A DNA stretch of 58,822 nt, counting the filler, from Sphacelaria rigidula (taxonomy: Eukaryota), in NCBI GenBank assembly GCA_964200075.2. It is 8 parts of 8 records of this genome, joined end to end, with 100 filler letters (N's around TTAATTAATTAA, not from the genome) between each part and the next. Parts side by side here need not be neighbours in the genome. Positions count along the whole stretch, not along the records: positions 22,099 to 29,363 come from CAXNAA020015706.1; positions 29,464 to 36,728 come from CAXNAA020015707.1; 6 more parts are not named here. The stretch is one strand, 5' to 3'. A program made the translations under genes and the position numbers. How positions within the stretch are numbered: position 1 is the first letter of the stretch; every line of letters starts with the position of its first letter. Of this stretch, positions 23,472 to 36,120 are shown one piece after another. Under the pieces are notes generated by a model. The model searched no databases. It saw nothing but the letters and a program-made list of their open reading frames with translations, and was not told where the DNA came from.

Positions 23472-25287
23472 AAGACAACGCTGCTCCTGTCGAGCATACC
23501 GTCCACGCCCCCTTCCTCGAGGGAAAGCGTCCTCCGCGCCGCTTCCCCGTCCTTGTTCGAGAAATCGACCAAAGGTAAAAAGCCTAAATGCGTTGCGCTC
23601 GCCGGGGACAAGAAGACCTACAAGCGTGCGCGTCGGAGAGATGTTCCGCCCGCTGGAAAAGGACCTGAACCGAATAACCACAGCGGCAGTGGTGGGCAGA
23701 AAAAAGACACTACCCAAGCGGAAGCGAGTTGCGCGAACAGTTCTACCGAGTCTACCACCGGCGTAGATGGAGGGGGCCAAGCGCCGGATGCTGCACAAAA
23801 TACAGGCACCACTACCCCCGGAGGCGCATTTGCTGATTCTGCAGTCGCTGCAAGCACAGGGAAGGAGAACGAGCGGGTGAAACGGGGCAAGCAAGTCGAA
23901 GCAACCGAGGCCAACAAACCGGACGATGAAAGTGTGGACGCTGTCCGAGACGGGATTGCCCATGTTTCCATCACGTCTGCTAAAGGGGCAGATACATCGA
24001 AGGCTACCCCACCGCCGCCGCCACCGCTGGCGGTGGCCGCTCCCGTTGTGGGTGGCATCTCGGCAAACAAAGCAGATGCTACGCAATCGTCAGGAGTACC
24101 AGCGGCAAAGGCGGTGGTGGCGGCAGCAGAGACCGAGACGGCGGCGGCGGCTACGAAGGGCAGGGGGTCCATTGCAGAGGTTGCTCCTTTGGTTCCCACC
24201 TCTGAGAAGCTATCGAACGACTGGGGAAACGTGCGATTTGGTCCGAAGAGCGGAGCAGGATCAACGGTTGCGCTCCATGCATCGTTGGTGGCCGCGGCAG
24301 TTCCGGGCGTGGCGGGCAGCGGCGGGAGGGGTGGCACAGCCCCCGCTGCAACAGTAAAATTACCCGCTGTTACCGATAGTACTGCAAGTGATGATGCAGC
24401 TCCTGGTGGCGTTGGGCCCGTTCTCGCCCCCTCGATATCAACAATGCCAGCGCAAGCACAACAAGACAGAAATAATGAGTCTCATGAGCTAGCATCCGTG
24501 AAGGATCCAAACAGAAAAGAAAAGCCGAGGGATGATGCGGCAAAAGAGCAACACGACGTGGCTGAAGAGGCCACTGCCGCCGTTAGCACACTTGACGACT
24601 GCCCCGGAACGTCGGGCAGTGGAAAAAAGATGGTGTCCTTCGCGGCGGGCACCAAAGATTCCCCCTCGGATACCGCCGCACTGGCAGCTTCATCATCGCC
24701 GTCAAGACCATTTGTTAATGCCACCACGGCGACTTGTGGCAGTGGTGAATCAGGCAGTGGTGGCACCGTAGCGGGCGCCAATACAGGCGGCACCGGCGTC
24801 GCCTTCTGCAGACAGGGAGATGGGGGGAGGGGCAGAGGCAGAGGCAAGGGGCGGGTGAACGTCGGGGGATCGGGAAAAGTACGCCCGACGACCCAAAAGC
24901 CGAAAGCGATCGTGGGAGCGGTAATGGAGAAGATCCCCGTCGTGCCAGTGCCTATGAACGTGACGGCTACCGGCGGCATCGGAGGGGCGGAGGATGGGAC
25001 TGGGGTTGATGGTAGCGGGGGCGTTGGCGGGAGTGGAATGATCGAAGGACATCTACCGAGGATACAGGCGGACTTGTCTTTTCGTGTGATGCCGAGAGGG
25101 TACGAGAAAATGGTTGAAAAGGGCGATGATAGTGACGGTGATGATCAGCTTGAGGTTGCCGGGATTGACGGGAGCCGTGTAAGGCGAAAACGCGAGGATG
25201 AGCGGCAGGGCGACGATGAAAGCGAAGGGCTAGGGGAGACAGACGGAGAAGATGATGATGGGAATGACAGGCGGGAGGAAGTACTTG
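23472..25287 (+). CDS. RPAP2: RPAP2-like gene, very large low-complexity exon (3' donor position uncertain)
   Basis: Acceptor gtgcag|AAG is in phase 0 with the previous exon. About 600 open codons, rich in Ala/Gly/Ser/Thr with an acidic end. Several candidate donors lie near 25270-25294. Confidence 0.75.
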
Positions 25288-25669
25288 GTCGTTCGTGTGC
25301 CCCTTGTCTCGCCAAGTTTACCCAGAGAATGGATTGAAAATACTTGAGAACTTCTGTCGCCTTGCGAGTGTGAGTGTGTGCGTGCGTGCGTCTGGTTTGT
25401 GTCAACGTAGCGCGCTTGATATCTCGAGCAGTTCACGGGTGCCAACTTGGGGCCCTTGAGTTGAACTCCCAGTCGGTGCGGGCTACACTTGTCCTGTAAC
25501 TGGCGGGGCACACCCGCCCTGGTGTGAAAAATTCGATCTCGGTTACTACGGCGACTGACGCCGCTGTCAACTGTGTGGTCGAAGAATAAAACCATCAGCG
25601 CATTTTTTCAGTGCCTGAAACCCGTGCTGACCGCTGAGCCGTTGTTGCGCCCTATTCGCCCACATGCAG

Positions 25670-25775
25670 GGCCATCTGGCGCGAGACTTTCGGCGAGGAG
25701 ATGCCCGCTGATATGGCGGAGGGGCCATGGATTGACATGGAAGCCGTTCGCGACAAGGCGCTGCGAGAGGAATTC
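25670..25775 (+). CDS. RPAP2: RPAP2-like gene, short internal exon
   Basis: catgcag|G GCC...TTC|gtgagt. Reads AIWRETFGEEMPADMAEGPWIDMEAVRDKALREEF. Phase 0 into the last exon. Confidence 0.7.
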
Positions 25776-26189
25776 GTGAGTGGTAGCTGCCTGTACCGTT
25801 ATGCGTTTTTTTTTCAATGTTCGCGTACGTTTTACTGGATTCGTAATTCCCGGCAGCAATATATAATGGAACCATCCCAGGGTGGAACGCAAAATCATGG
25901 AAATATTCGCATCACGAGAGAGAGTGCTTCCTTTACTGGTGTGGACGACAGGGTTTTATCTTCACTGGATTGCTTTGTTGTGCCCCTGGAATATCTTGTG
26001 TGATTGCACAACTTCGTCTTATGGGAAAACGTGTGTTTTGAGACACACATAGTACACACAATCGTAGTTTTTCAGTCTTCTGTGAAGGATCTTTTCGAGA
26101 CTCGAGACAAACGGAACAAGAAACGCCGTGCACACACTGACAACCACCCGGGGATTTCCCCACAAACCATCACACTACTCGTTCATCAG

Positions 26190-27302
26190 GCTAGCTCAAT
26201 CGGCGCGTTCCCTCTTCTCTGGGACGCTCTCTCGGAGTGGGTTACGCCGGCCACCCGGGCGGTGTGTCGGGCCGGCCGGGCAGCGGCCGCCGCTGCCTCG
26301 ACAACGACCGCGAAAGAAAATATAACAACCACACCTGCCGACGCCGATGCCACAGGGAGCAAAGACCGCGAAGTCGTCGGAGACATCACCGTAGAAGTCC
26401 GAACTGCGATCGCCGTAGCAGAGGCAATCGAGGGAGAAGCCCGTCGACATGCTCGGCGCGGCAGCGCCGCCGGGAAGATGGTTGGTCGAGCGCCGGACGA
26501 TATCACAGTCACCGGTGCCTTACGTCATAGCAGCATAAGTGCCATGGTCAACGTGCACTTGTCGCACGCGGAACGTGCGTTGCGAGCGGCGGTCGGCCGC
26601 ACGGGGGGCGAAGGATTGAGGGCGGGACCAGGGGTGAGAGGTTCGATTCAGCAGAGGAATAGAGTAAGAGAAGCAGATTTTCGGACCTTTGTGTGGTCTG
26701 ACGAAAAGATGGAGGCATCACCCGAGATGGCGTACATGAAGCCGCGCGCGGGGCGGTGGGTCGAGGCGGATGTGAGATCACCAGCGGCGGCGGCCGCCGC
26801 GGCGGCTGAACCAAGAAAATGGGAACAATCACTGGCGGAGACGTCTTCTGTCGCGATGGACACGAAACGAGACGGGGACGAGAAAGGAAGAACAGGAACA
26901 GCGAGTCATTTCCTTGGTGAGACGAATGTGTGGAATGGCACTGAGGTGGGGGCTAAGGGTGCCGGAGGACGAGGGAGAGAAGGACGGGAAGGATGCCCAG
27001 TTGCAGCGGCGGGCGGGGCAGCATGTCGGCGAGCCGTGGCGGCGGTGATCGACACATTCGAGGGTGCCCGGGCAGCGGAAGCCGCCAACTTGTCTATCGC
27101 TCAGTGGAAAGTAGTTCCCGTTGTTCTTCTGGCAGCGTTGGGACTTGGGGGCAGCGGCGGCGGCTGCGGCAGTGGAGCTTTGGTTTCCGCGAGTGAGGGA
27201 GCGACGGGGGCAGAAGCGTGCGTGCAGCTGTGTGGGCCGGAGGCAGCACTGTCGTCGCGGGAATTCGAGATGCTGATCGAGATGCTGCTCCTGGAACACT
27301 AA
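26190..27302 (+). CDS. RPAP2: RPAP2-like gene, terminal exon
   Basis: gttcatcag|GCT, open to TAA at 27300-27302. FPLLWDALSEWVTPAT...LSIAQWKVVPVVLL resembles the C-terminal region of RPAP2 homologs. Confidence 0.75.
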   Translation, partial: ASSIGAFPLLWDALSEWVTPATRAVCRAGRAAAAAASTTTAKENITTTPADADATGSKDREVVGDITVEVRTAIAVAEAIEGEARRHARRGSAAGKMVGRAPDDITVTGALRHSSISAMVNVHLSHAERALRAAVGRTGGEGLRAGPGVRGSIQQRNRVREADFRTFVWSDEKMEASPEMAYMKPRAGRWVEADVRSPAAAAAAAAEPRKWEQSLAETSSVAMDTKRDGDEKGRTGTASHFLGETNVWNGTEVGAKGAGGRGREGREGCPVAAAGGAACRRAVAAVIDTFEGARAAEAANLSIAQWKVVPVVLLAALGLGGSGGGCGSGALVSASEGATGAEACVQLCGPEAALSSREFEMLIEMLLLEH

Positions 27303-29539
27303 ATTGATTTTCGTCGACCTCTGCACCAGGAAGAGTCGGGTTGCTCCGTTTCTCTCATGAGGGGAGGGATCGAGTAAGCACTGGGCGTGAGTCCGGGGTA
27401 TGCGCAGGCAGCAACAGTTTAGTTCTTCTCTTGTTCGTGATGTCTTTGTTGGTGAAAAGCGCCGTTGTGACTTCAACATAGGTGTGCAAAGAAGTAGATG
27501 TTGCTCGAAAACCCGAGTGGTGTCGTTTGATTTTTCTGAGCGGTTGTGTACCATGAGCTATGTAGCCTACTGGTTGGTACTGTGTTGACGTGTTCACAGC
27601 TAAGATGGATTTTTGGACGTTCGGGTGGCTGGCTGTGCAAACACTCCGGTCGCTAGTTTGTAGATTTGTCGATAGCATTTTGACCAAGCGAGGCTAGGTG
27701 TTTTGCTTTCTATGCCACGTGTTGCTTACTCCTGAGCGAAAATAGGAACTACTGTTGTAAATATGAATTTTGTCATGTGATGCGTTTCCAAGACGGTAAC
27801 CGGACGTTGGTCGGTATCGTTCTATTAAAAGTATGTTGAAAAAAAATGTAGTTGCTCATGGTTTTCTCGATTTTGCGCACGCTGCGTCTTTTCTGGGCGC
27901 AGTCGCATTGTGACATGGTTGGAGACCAAGCCATCACAAATCTCTCCGGACACGTTGATGTCTGATCGCCGTGTTGATCTACTCGCCCAACTTATTTATC
28001 GAACAAAAGCGCGGCACATGAAGCAAAAGAATACTTCACCAGGGAGTCTGTGGCGGCATCTTCATTGCCTCTCACGAGACAAGACAATCTCTTGGCCATA
28101 TTAAGAGTTCAGCACTCGATTAAGAGTAAGCTTTCAGCCCATTTTCCTCCGAAAGTAGTGAAAAAATATGGGATTCCACAAACCGACACTTGGCGCTGCA
28201 GGTGTCTGTGGAATCGGCATCATATTCACTCAAAACGTCATTGCGTGATCCTCGTTGCGAACCCTGGCGGTCAAATGATTGACATTCCAGAGAGTTACGA
28301 GTAGTCATTTGGATACATACAACCCGAAAGCTAGCAAACGCCAACATACTATTCTTTCAAATCGCGGAGGCTTAATTCTTCGGGAACCCTCCCCTCCCGT
28401 CCCCGGGCCAGACGCCTCATTATTTCAAGCCATGTCGAAGAAGATGGGAAAGGAAAAACCGGCAGCAACTATTTTCACGGTGAAAGGCCACCGAAGAATC
28501 AACCAGCATGCGTCATGCGCGCACTAGAAATGTCAGCCCGGTGCAGTCAGATTAGTTTTGTCCAGTGAAACACGCATCGGGTCGAGTTTGTTCAAGTTTG
28601 TGTACACAGTCAAAATCAGCACTTGGGTCTCTAAAGTCTATACAAACAAAAATCAGCACCACCTGTCTATTTTCTATATACGGAGTCCCATGCGTCAGTT
28701 GGGCACATTTTCATACGGGTCTGAAAAACACGGCTCGGGCGAATATTTTTAGAGAAGGGGGTAGATGGTATATTATTTCCAGGTGTGGCACGATTAGAGT
28801 GATCATTAGCGATTTCGTACATGATCGTCTCTGGTTGACAGGGATCGCCGTCCATGGCGGATCCAGATTGTGCGGAGCTGGAGTCGTCGATTGAAGAAGT
28901 AGTGACGTCAGAAATATTTGATTTTGTTTCTTCAGTGATACTTGATAGGCTTAAAATCGTCGCATTTTGGAGAGATTGAGGTCGAGGATTTCCGCTCGAA
29001 AGAGGTGTACGTGAAGATGCGCGCGCGTCCTTGCGGGCATGCTTACGGGGCTTTCTCATTCCCCGTGACAATGGTCGGGGGACTTCCAAAATATTTTGGG
29101 ATGATACGACAACTGCGTCCAGTCGGATGGATAGGGTTAGCATCGGGGCATGATCGAGCGAAACTTATGGGCTGCTGTCCGTAGGCAAGCTTGGGTGGGG
29201 GGTCATAGCCGAAGGTATTTTGGGGCGGTTATTCTTAGAACCGGCCGAAGATAGTTCCGCGCGTGTTGAAATCGCGGGGAAGGAGCTCGATCTAACTGAT
29301 TGGGAATTATATGATCCGATGAGTCATCCTACGATAGGGGGGGGGTATTTTGGGCCATTTATTNNNNNNNNNNNNNNNNNNNNNNNNNNNNNNNNNNNNN
29401 NNNNNNNTTAATTAATTAANNNNNNNNNNNNNNNNNNNNNNNNNNNNNNNNNNNNNNNNNNNNCTCCCACTGAACCCCCCTATCAACTTGGCGCAGTACA
29501 CGCGCCGCCCTGCTCTCGAGAGCTCCGGCCCTAGTCCAG

Positions 29540-31640
29540 GAGGATGCACTCGTGCTCACAGTAGTTGCTCAATCGTATCCTCCTTTTTGTACAGCACCTT
29601 AACGGTGACTTCCTTCCGCTGCTCTGGCACCTCTCCCGTCTGCCACATGGTGATGATGTCGTGAATTCGCCAGAGAAGGTCTCGATCTCCATCGAGAAAT
29701 AATTGGATGATCTCCGCCGGGAATCCGTCCGGCCTTGCTGCTTTCCCGTTGGCCATTCCCGTTATCGCCTCCTCGACCTCGAACTTGGACGGTTTATCGA
29801 CAAGTGGCCAAAACTGGGGCCATTACTTGACCTGCTCGATCATTCGCGGGTTGAGGGTTGGCGCCTTGGTCGTGAGGAACTGGTGAAACCACTCGGCCCA
29901 CAGCTCGAGGATGAGAGCGAGGTTCCGCGGCAGCTTGCCGTCCTCGTCCTTGATTTCCTGCGAGGCGAAGGACCGCTTTTCTTCCACGTCCAGCCCCTTC
30001 ATGTGTTTGTAATAGCCGACTATGTCTCTCTCACGGCTTCTCTTCTCGAGCTGCGTCGCATCTCGAATAACTCACATGTCCTTGTCTCTCCATCGGCTGA
30101 GCTCTTTTGCCGCTGTCTTCAGTTCCCTTCGGAGAGCGGTGTCCGTTGAAGCACCGCGATGTTGTCGCCGGGCCCCCTCCCTCTTCCTCCACGCCTCGTG
30201 AACCTCGCGCTTCACTTCCTTACCCGCATAATAGCCATTTCATCCTCGTTTGCACTTAGTCTGGGGGGCGGTCTACGCGACTGCATCATACGATATCCGT
30301 GAGCGCCGCGGCCATCTCTCCCACGGTCGACCCCGGCATGGTTGTGATGGGCGAGCGAAGGATCCTCTGCTGAATTCGGTGCTGGGATTCACTCCGGCGG
30401 GCGATCTCCGCCTTTAGCCATCCGAGGTCGATGGTGGCGCGATCGCCGCTGTTGTCACTACCTCTCTTGTGTCGGTTGACAGCGATTCGGTCGCGAAGTC
30501 GACCGGCAGCGTACACAAGGTTGTGGTCTAAGCCGTTTTGAAAAATTGCGCACTAGTCTCAGGCCCGCTTGTCCGACGACTGTGTAGTCAAGGCGATGTT
30601 TTTCTTCGCCTTGTTGCCTTGTTGGAACGTATGTGGGGCTAATACAGTTCTACACTCCAGATCAGAGAGCTACGTAGACTTCTCCCATTCTGAGCACACA
30701 GACGTCAGCAGCTGTAGTTATTCATATCTTAACCTTTGCTGTTCAATATACTGGAGATCAGCATTCCAGCACTTCTCCCACCGACGGAGTAAACAGCCCC
30801 AAAACAATCGAAATGAAAATCTTACGCAGTCCACTAATCATTCTAGCAAACGCACAATCCATCAACCAGCCGTAAGCACGCCTATCATAGGTTGTTCCGA
30901 CCGCAATCATGTACGTAACCTGGGTGACAATGGTGACCAGAGCTTACAGGCTCCGCCCTTAGGTGTGCTGAAGAACGTGTTGGCGACGGAGAGTTTGTTA
31001 TCTCTGGCGTAACCGACCGGTCGTTCCTAGTTGTCACTCCGCGTATCGCGCCCGTACGCATCAAGCCCCTTGGTATCACTACATCCATCTCCTTTCCTAC
31101 CCGTCCGAGCACTGGCATGCATCATGATCACAGGGGAAGGCACCTCCCGGATCGCATCGCCTGGTGCTGTCCAGAACCCCAAAGGCTTCCAGCAGTTGTA
31201 TCGGTGTTCTCTGCAGGTCCGTGTGCAGAAATAAAATATACTATATTCGATTGCCGAGCGGCAGGCGTACCTTCATCAGTCTCGGGCTGATGCCCTCCAC
31301 CACCCTGTATACCTCCTCCAATCCGTCCCAATAGCCTGCCGGATCGCAAACCGCGCCCTATGTATTCCCTTTCTATCCTTTGCCCTGGCGCGCGGTCCGC
31401 TCCACATCACCCCGTAACCTCATATGGATTGTCAAGCCTTGCCCTTCGCGTCTGGTCTCTTGGAGACCGATGATGTCACAGCCGGTCTCGGAACATATTT
31501 GGACGAGCATTGTAATGTTGTGGCCGATGCGGTTTTTGCCTCTGTAAGCGGGTGTGTGAACGTTCAAGGTACCCGCAGTCAGCTCACCCACGAGTGCCTT
31601 CGCCCTAGTGCTCGCTCGTTTCTTTCGGTTCGCCACACGT
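29540..31640 (-). mobile_element. Degenerate non-LTR retrotransposon (APE endonuclease plus region upstream of RT, RTE-like), cut by the contig end
   Basis: APE motifs GTLNVHT...DIIGLQETR (31450-31590) and DHNLVYA (~30510-30530). Pre-RT motif NGKAARPDGFPAE...W.TGEVPEQ...VKVLYKK (29556-29756). Frameshifts and stops are present, and ~30535-31010 may be an unrelated insertion. Confidence 0.85.
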
Positions 31641-32004
31641 AGTGGTCGATTTATCTTTCGTTTCTCTCGAGTCGCTGTTTCCTTTCTTTCTATCCATCTC
31701 AGCCTAGCCCGGTTGGTGCCTTGGTTCAAAAGGACGAGGTGCGGCACTCCCCACCTATACCGATATCCACCTCCACCCTGTCGGCGTTGGTGCTTACTAT
31801 AGTACTCAGCATCAGAAGTCCGCGAAATTCGTAGTTGTTACTCGAAGTACAATTTTTTAGTTTTCTCGAGTACTGTTCTTCATTAGTACTTGAAAGTGCT
31901 AGCGTCGGTAGATTTATGAAAAAGCGTCGGCCGCGCTCAAACCACAGTGCCCAAGTTGGTATTTTTTAGGCGATACGGACTAGATACCCCGTTTATCAGT
32001 AGAG

Positions 32005-32174
32005 CACACCCTGGACAATATGTGGTCAATACTTGCAATACACCGTAAACGTACTGTATAAAGTATAGGCCTATTGCAAGTATTGCCGGCCGACAATAGT
32101 CGCAATAGGCCTATACTTTATGCAGTACGTTTATTGTGTGTTGCAAGTATTGACCACATATTGTCCAGGGGGTG
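32005..32174. mobile_element. 170-bp near-perfect hairpin MITE with 8-bp TSD CAGTAGAG, nested in another repeat
   Basis: CACACCCTGGACAATATGTGGTCAATACTTGCAA...TTGCAAGTATTGACCACATATTGTCCAGGGGGTG. TSD at 31997-32004 and 32175-32182. A related end occurs at ~42810-42930. Confidence 0.9.
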
Positions 32175-33242
32175 CAGTAGAGTGTCATTGGCCGTTTTGG
32201 CTCAATGAAAACCGTTTTCTGGCTCGTTCGCAACGAAGTGGTACACGTTCAGATAAACGAATGCGTTTACAATTCTTCAAAATAATGATCGAGTTCGTCT
32301 TTCCCCCCTATACTACACAGACCTCAGTCCAGCATTTTCCGTGGACGACTTTTTTTCGGGATTTTTTCGCATACTGTTCTCCATGAGTACTCGAAAGTGC
32401 TAGTGTCGATAGTTTTGGCAAAATATGTAGATCGTGTTCAAATCAGAATGCCCAAGTTGCTGTTGTGGGGGCGAGACGGAGTAGGGACCCCGTTTATCAG
32501 GAGGGTGTTATTGGCCGTAAATGGTCCAAGCAAAATGGTTTTCCAGCTCGAGCGCAGCGAATAGGTGGAATTGACAAAAAAACATGTTAATGTATTCACA
32601 TATATGGTCGCGATCGAGTCAGTCCACCAAAAATACCGAAAAGCTAGAACCTGGGGTTGCACTTTTACCGGACCCCTGAAGATTGGTCATCCCCGTAATT
32701 CACTCAACATTATTCGCAGTTTTTTTTTCTTTCGATATTTATCACGAGGATTATAATACCTCGAGTTCCTCATTTTGGCATCCAACATTCACTGTGATGA
32801 GCGGTGGCAAGCGAAAAAAAAATGGAAAATCTCCAACAAACTAAGAAATCGCTATTTCCGCAGACTTCTGATGCTGACTACGTACTGTAGCGTGGAGTTT
32901 CCTCACCTCTCTACTCCTCAGGCTACGGGTACCACGCTTCCGCGATGGTGGCCCGGCGTAGCTGCTGCAGGCGATTATGCCATGGGGACGTATGGGCCCT
33001 CTGCACCACGCGTCACACCCTCCGCCTGCACAGCCTCGCCAGCGCTCTGGATCATCAGTACGCTGGCGAGCTGTGCCTCTACACCATCCCTCCTACTCCT
33101 TTGTTGCCTGGTGCCCCCGCTAGGAGCTCATTAGGTCGGGTTCGACCCCGGCCGGGGAGCAGCCGGGGGGGGAGGGAGGATCAGTTACGACAATCTATCC
33201 CCGATGGACGCCCACTTGGGATATGAAAATCCGCCTGAGACA

Positions 33243-33318
33243 CCTAACCGTAGGCCTAACCCCAACCCTGGCCCTAACGCTGACCCTGACCCTGAGCCTG
33301 ACTCTGACCTCAACCCGA
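33243..33318 (-). repeat. Interstitial degenerate (CCCTAA/CCCTGA)n array without visible TIRs
   Basis: cctaaccgtaggcctaaccccaaccctggccctaacgctgaccctgaccctgagcctgactctgacctcaacc. Confidence 0.65.
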
Positions 33319-35373
33319 GCGTAGAATATCCCGGATGGATGAAGTACTCTACGGTAACATCATAGCTGCGTGCCACGAGGTGCGTGTGGTCCATGAGGTC
33401 CCCGTGGTCAATTTATGCACCTCGGCGCTCCGGAAAGAGTTTCCAGAGCGAATGAAGCACATTGATTGTGCAAGAAATATACGCTGCTCGCTACGTGAAA
33501 GGACATACAATGTCACAATAAGGTTCCTAGAGGCCACCCCAACGATTGTACACGACGACCACGTTGTAGGCAGCTAGAGCCGGGCAGAGAGACTCGCTAC
33601 AATGTTCGACAATACTGTGGCTCGCGCACCGAATCTTACCTTCAGTGTTCCGAAACAAATTCGTGCTCTTCTAGCCGCTGCGCCGATACAACTGCGCATG
33701 CCGCCAGGCGGAACACATTCCTGCATTTGAGTACAGGAAGGGAGAAACCACAATGCTTTGTTTTCCATTGAAAAAAACGCCCAGAGCGCAGCGACATCGA
33801 TGTGATTATCGTAAAAGTTGGCATGCTAATACTCATGTCATGAAGAGAACTGTGACCGTACGAATTTTGAAAACAAGATCCACCCTAGTCGAGCGCGGTC
33901 CGGTCAAGTATAGAGAAATCACCCTGATCTCTTGTGAAACTCCGGGGGCATAGCACGCTCATCTTCGCATGAAGTCAGTTTCCCCTCATTCATGCCTTAA
34001 GCGCGTATAACCTCACGTTCTGTAAACATTTCTGCCAAAGGAGCAGGTCTGTTTTGTAACCGACTGTTGAGTACTTCGGCTGCGTTCCGCATATGAGCCG
34101 AGTCTTTCACTGAAGGCCTTGTTATCAGTTTGAATTCATTATTTTCAAAACTTGTCCCATAGATTCCTGGCTTGCCCATCCCTGGGCATCCAGTATCGTT
34201 CTGTGTGCTAAGGTTACCAATAAACAGATGCTTCACCTTCAGGAGCCTGAACCCGTACGGGATGAAGTGAACAACCAAACCGTTCGGAGGGCGGTCGTGA
34301 GTGTGTAACGGACGAAATAACGGGGAATCACCATATTATAGGGAAACATATCGGAACGTCTATCTCCTTTTGTAGGTTCAGCAAACCCGTATTCACACCC
34401 CGTTGATTGTGCATTGACTTAAGTTGAGAGTCAACTCCAACACGATGCTTTCCCTGACCTGAGTCATGACAAATGGCTTCCATACAGACAACCTCACGCC
34501 CCCCCGAACCTCTCTGAGACTATTTTTTTGAGTTCCCCGTCTTCCGTTACCCCGAAGGATATGTGAAGGAACACTGCTACGGTAGTGGTGCACTTTTTGC
34601 GCGAAATATTGTCTAGTTCAGGGGCTCCTAACGATTCTAGATGCACAAGAATATGGGTCAGGGCATCCCGGTTTGCAAGTTCATCGGGGATATCCCAAGC
34701 ACATTGGAGTAGTAATCCTGGCGTATTCTCACATATTTTCAAAAGTAGTGTTTGGCATGAGAGAAAGGGCTCTTAACAACTATAACCTCAGAAAATATTT
34801 GTGCACCCCTACCGTAGCATCACTCGCGGGAGCATTTATTTGCCTCGATTTCGGGATGAAAAAAGGGACGACTTGAACCCGAAAACGATGTTTTTGAACA
34901 TACCCGTTGGGGAAGGGGAAGGCGGGAAACCACCAAAAATAGTTTCAGGAAGGTTGGGGGGTGTGAGGGCGTGCATGTGAAAGCCATTCATCGTGCCTCC
35001 AGGTCAGAGAAGCACTGTTTTGGAGTTAAACCTCGTTTTAATGTACAACCTCACTTACGAAGGTCACCCCTTAACTTGTGTAGCGATGGACTACTTACTG
35101 CTGGACACCGACAGTGTTCATGGAGTTGCAAGTTGTGCTTCGTTCAATCTGCGACTGCAGAACAGAAAATATGCAATAAGACATCAGAGAGTCGAGAGCA
35201 ACAGCAGAAAGCAACTGACTTTACGTCACTTTCGGAACTGCGGAAAAGTTCACATGTTTGCAGCTCTGATGAGAATGTCTGCATGATGGGGCAAAACCAA
35301 ACTAATAACATCGCGCGGGATTCATATTTTCCCTGTTTATCGTAGTAAGGTCGCTTCTTACAACAGACAGGGA

Positions 35374-35800
35374 AAAAATCTGGAAAGGTACCTTTTTGGA
35401 GCTTTTACGTCGTTTTACGCCCTAAGAGAGAGCTAGGCGGACGTTGACACCTCGGAATGACTTGCTCTACTAGCTGAGGCGGTTCCAGGACATCTTCCCG
35501 TTTTCCGGTGGCCACAGTTTTGGTTTTGGCCAAACAAGAACTTTAGTCCGAGAATGGTAAAAAACAGTCAAGTCCAGAGAAAAGCGGCGATTCTTTCTGT
35601 ACTTGACTGTTTTTTACCGTTCTTGGACACAAATTCTTGTTTGGACAAAACGAAACTGCGGCCACCGAAAAACGGGAAGATGTCCTGGAACCGCCTCAAT
35701 TAGTGGAGCAAGTCATTCCAAGGTGTAAAAATCCGCCTAGCTCTCTTTTGGGGCGTAAAACAACGTGGAAGCTCCTAGAAGGCACTTTACCAGATTTTTA
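35374..35800. mobile_element. Foldback/MITE related to 5125-5622
   Basis: aaaaatctggaaagg...cgtcgttttacgccctaagagagagctaggcgga pairs with tccgcctagctctcttttggggcgtaaaacaacg...ctttaccagattttt. Centre near 35590. Confidence 0.8.
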
Positions 35801-35819
35801 TTTTTGTTTGTTATTAGAA

Positions 35820-36120
35820 GCGGCCTAAGGCCCATTATTATCGACACTGTTTTTCCGGGAATCTCAGAATTTTTCAGACTTTTCGGACTCTACCTTCAGA
35901 CTTATCCGAAAACGAAGCGGCTTGACTTTTTCCCTCGACGCTTCATTTCTGGAAAAGTCCGAAAACTTCGGACTGCAACACAGCACTTCGGAAAGCTGCC
36001 CTGCGTGTACGCCGTGGCGCTCGTAAGTGTTGGAGAGTCATCAGGTACCTTGCCGCCGGGCCCGAAAATTTCGGAGGTCTCCGAAGAAACAAAGTCGACC
36101 ATAATGGGCCTAACCGCCGC
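35820..36120. mobile_element. TIR element with internal TTCGGA/TCCGAA short repeats
   Basis: gcggcctaaggcccattattatcgac is roughly the reverse complement of gtcgaccataatgggcctaaccgccgc. Multiple ttcgga/tccgaa motifs lie inside. Confidence 0.55.

Noticed and set aside
23412-24979. Long minus-strand ORFs opposite the RPAP2-like exon
   Set aside because: They are antisense shadows of GC-rich coding sequence.
16432-27302. SPO11 and RPAP2 as neighbours, or SPO11 as a truncated pseudogene
   Set aside because: They are on different contigs separated by an artificial linker. The SPO11 exons seen are intact and the gene is simply cut by the contig end.
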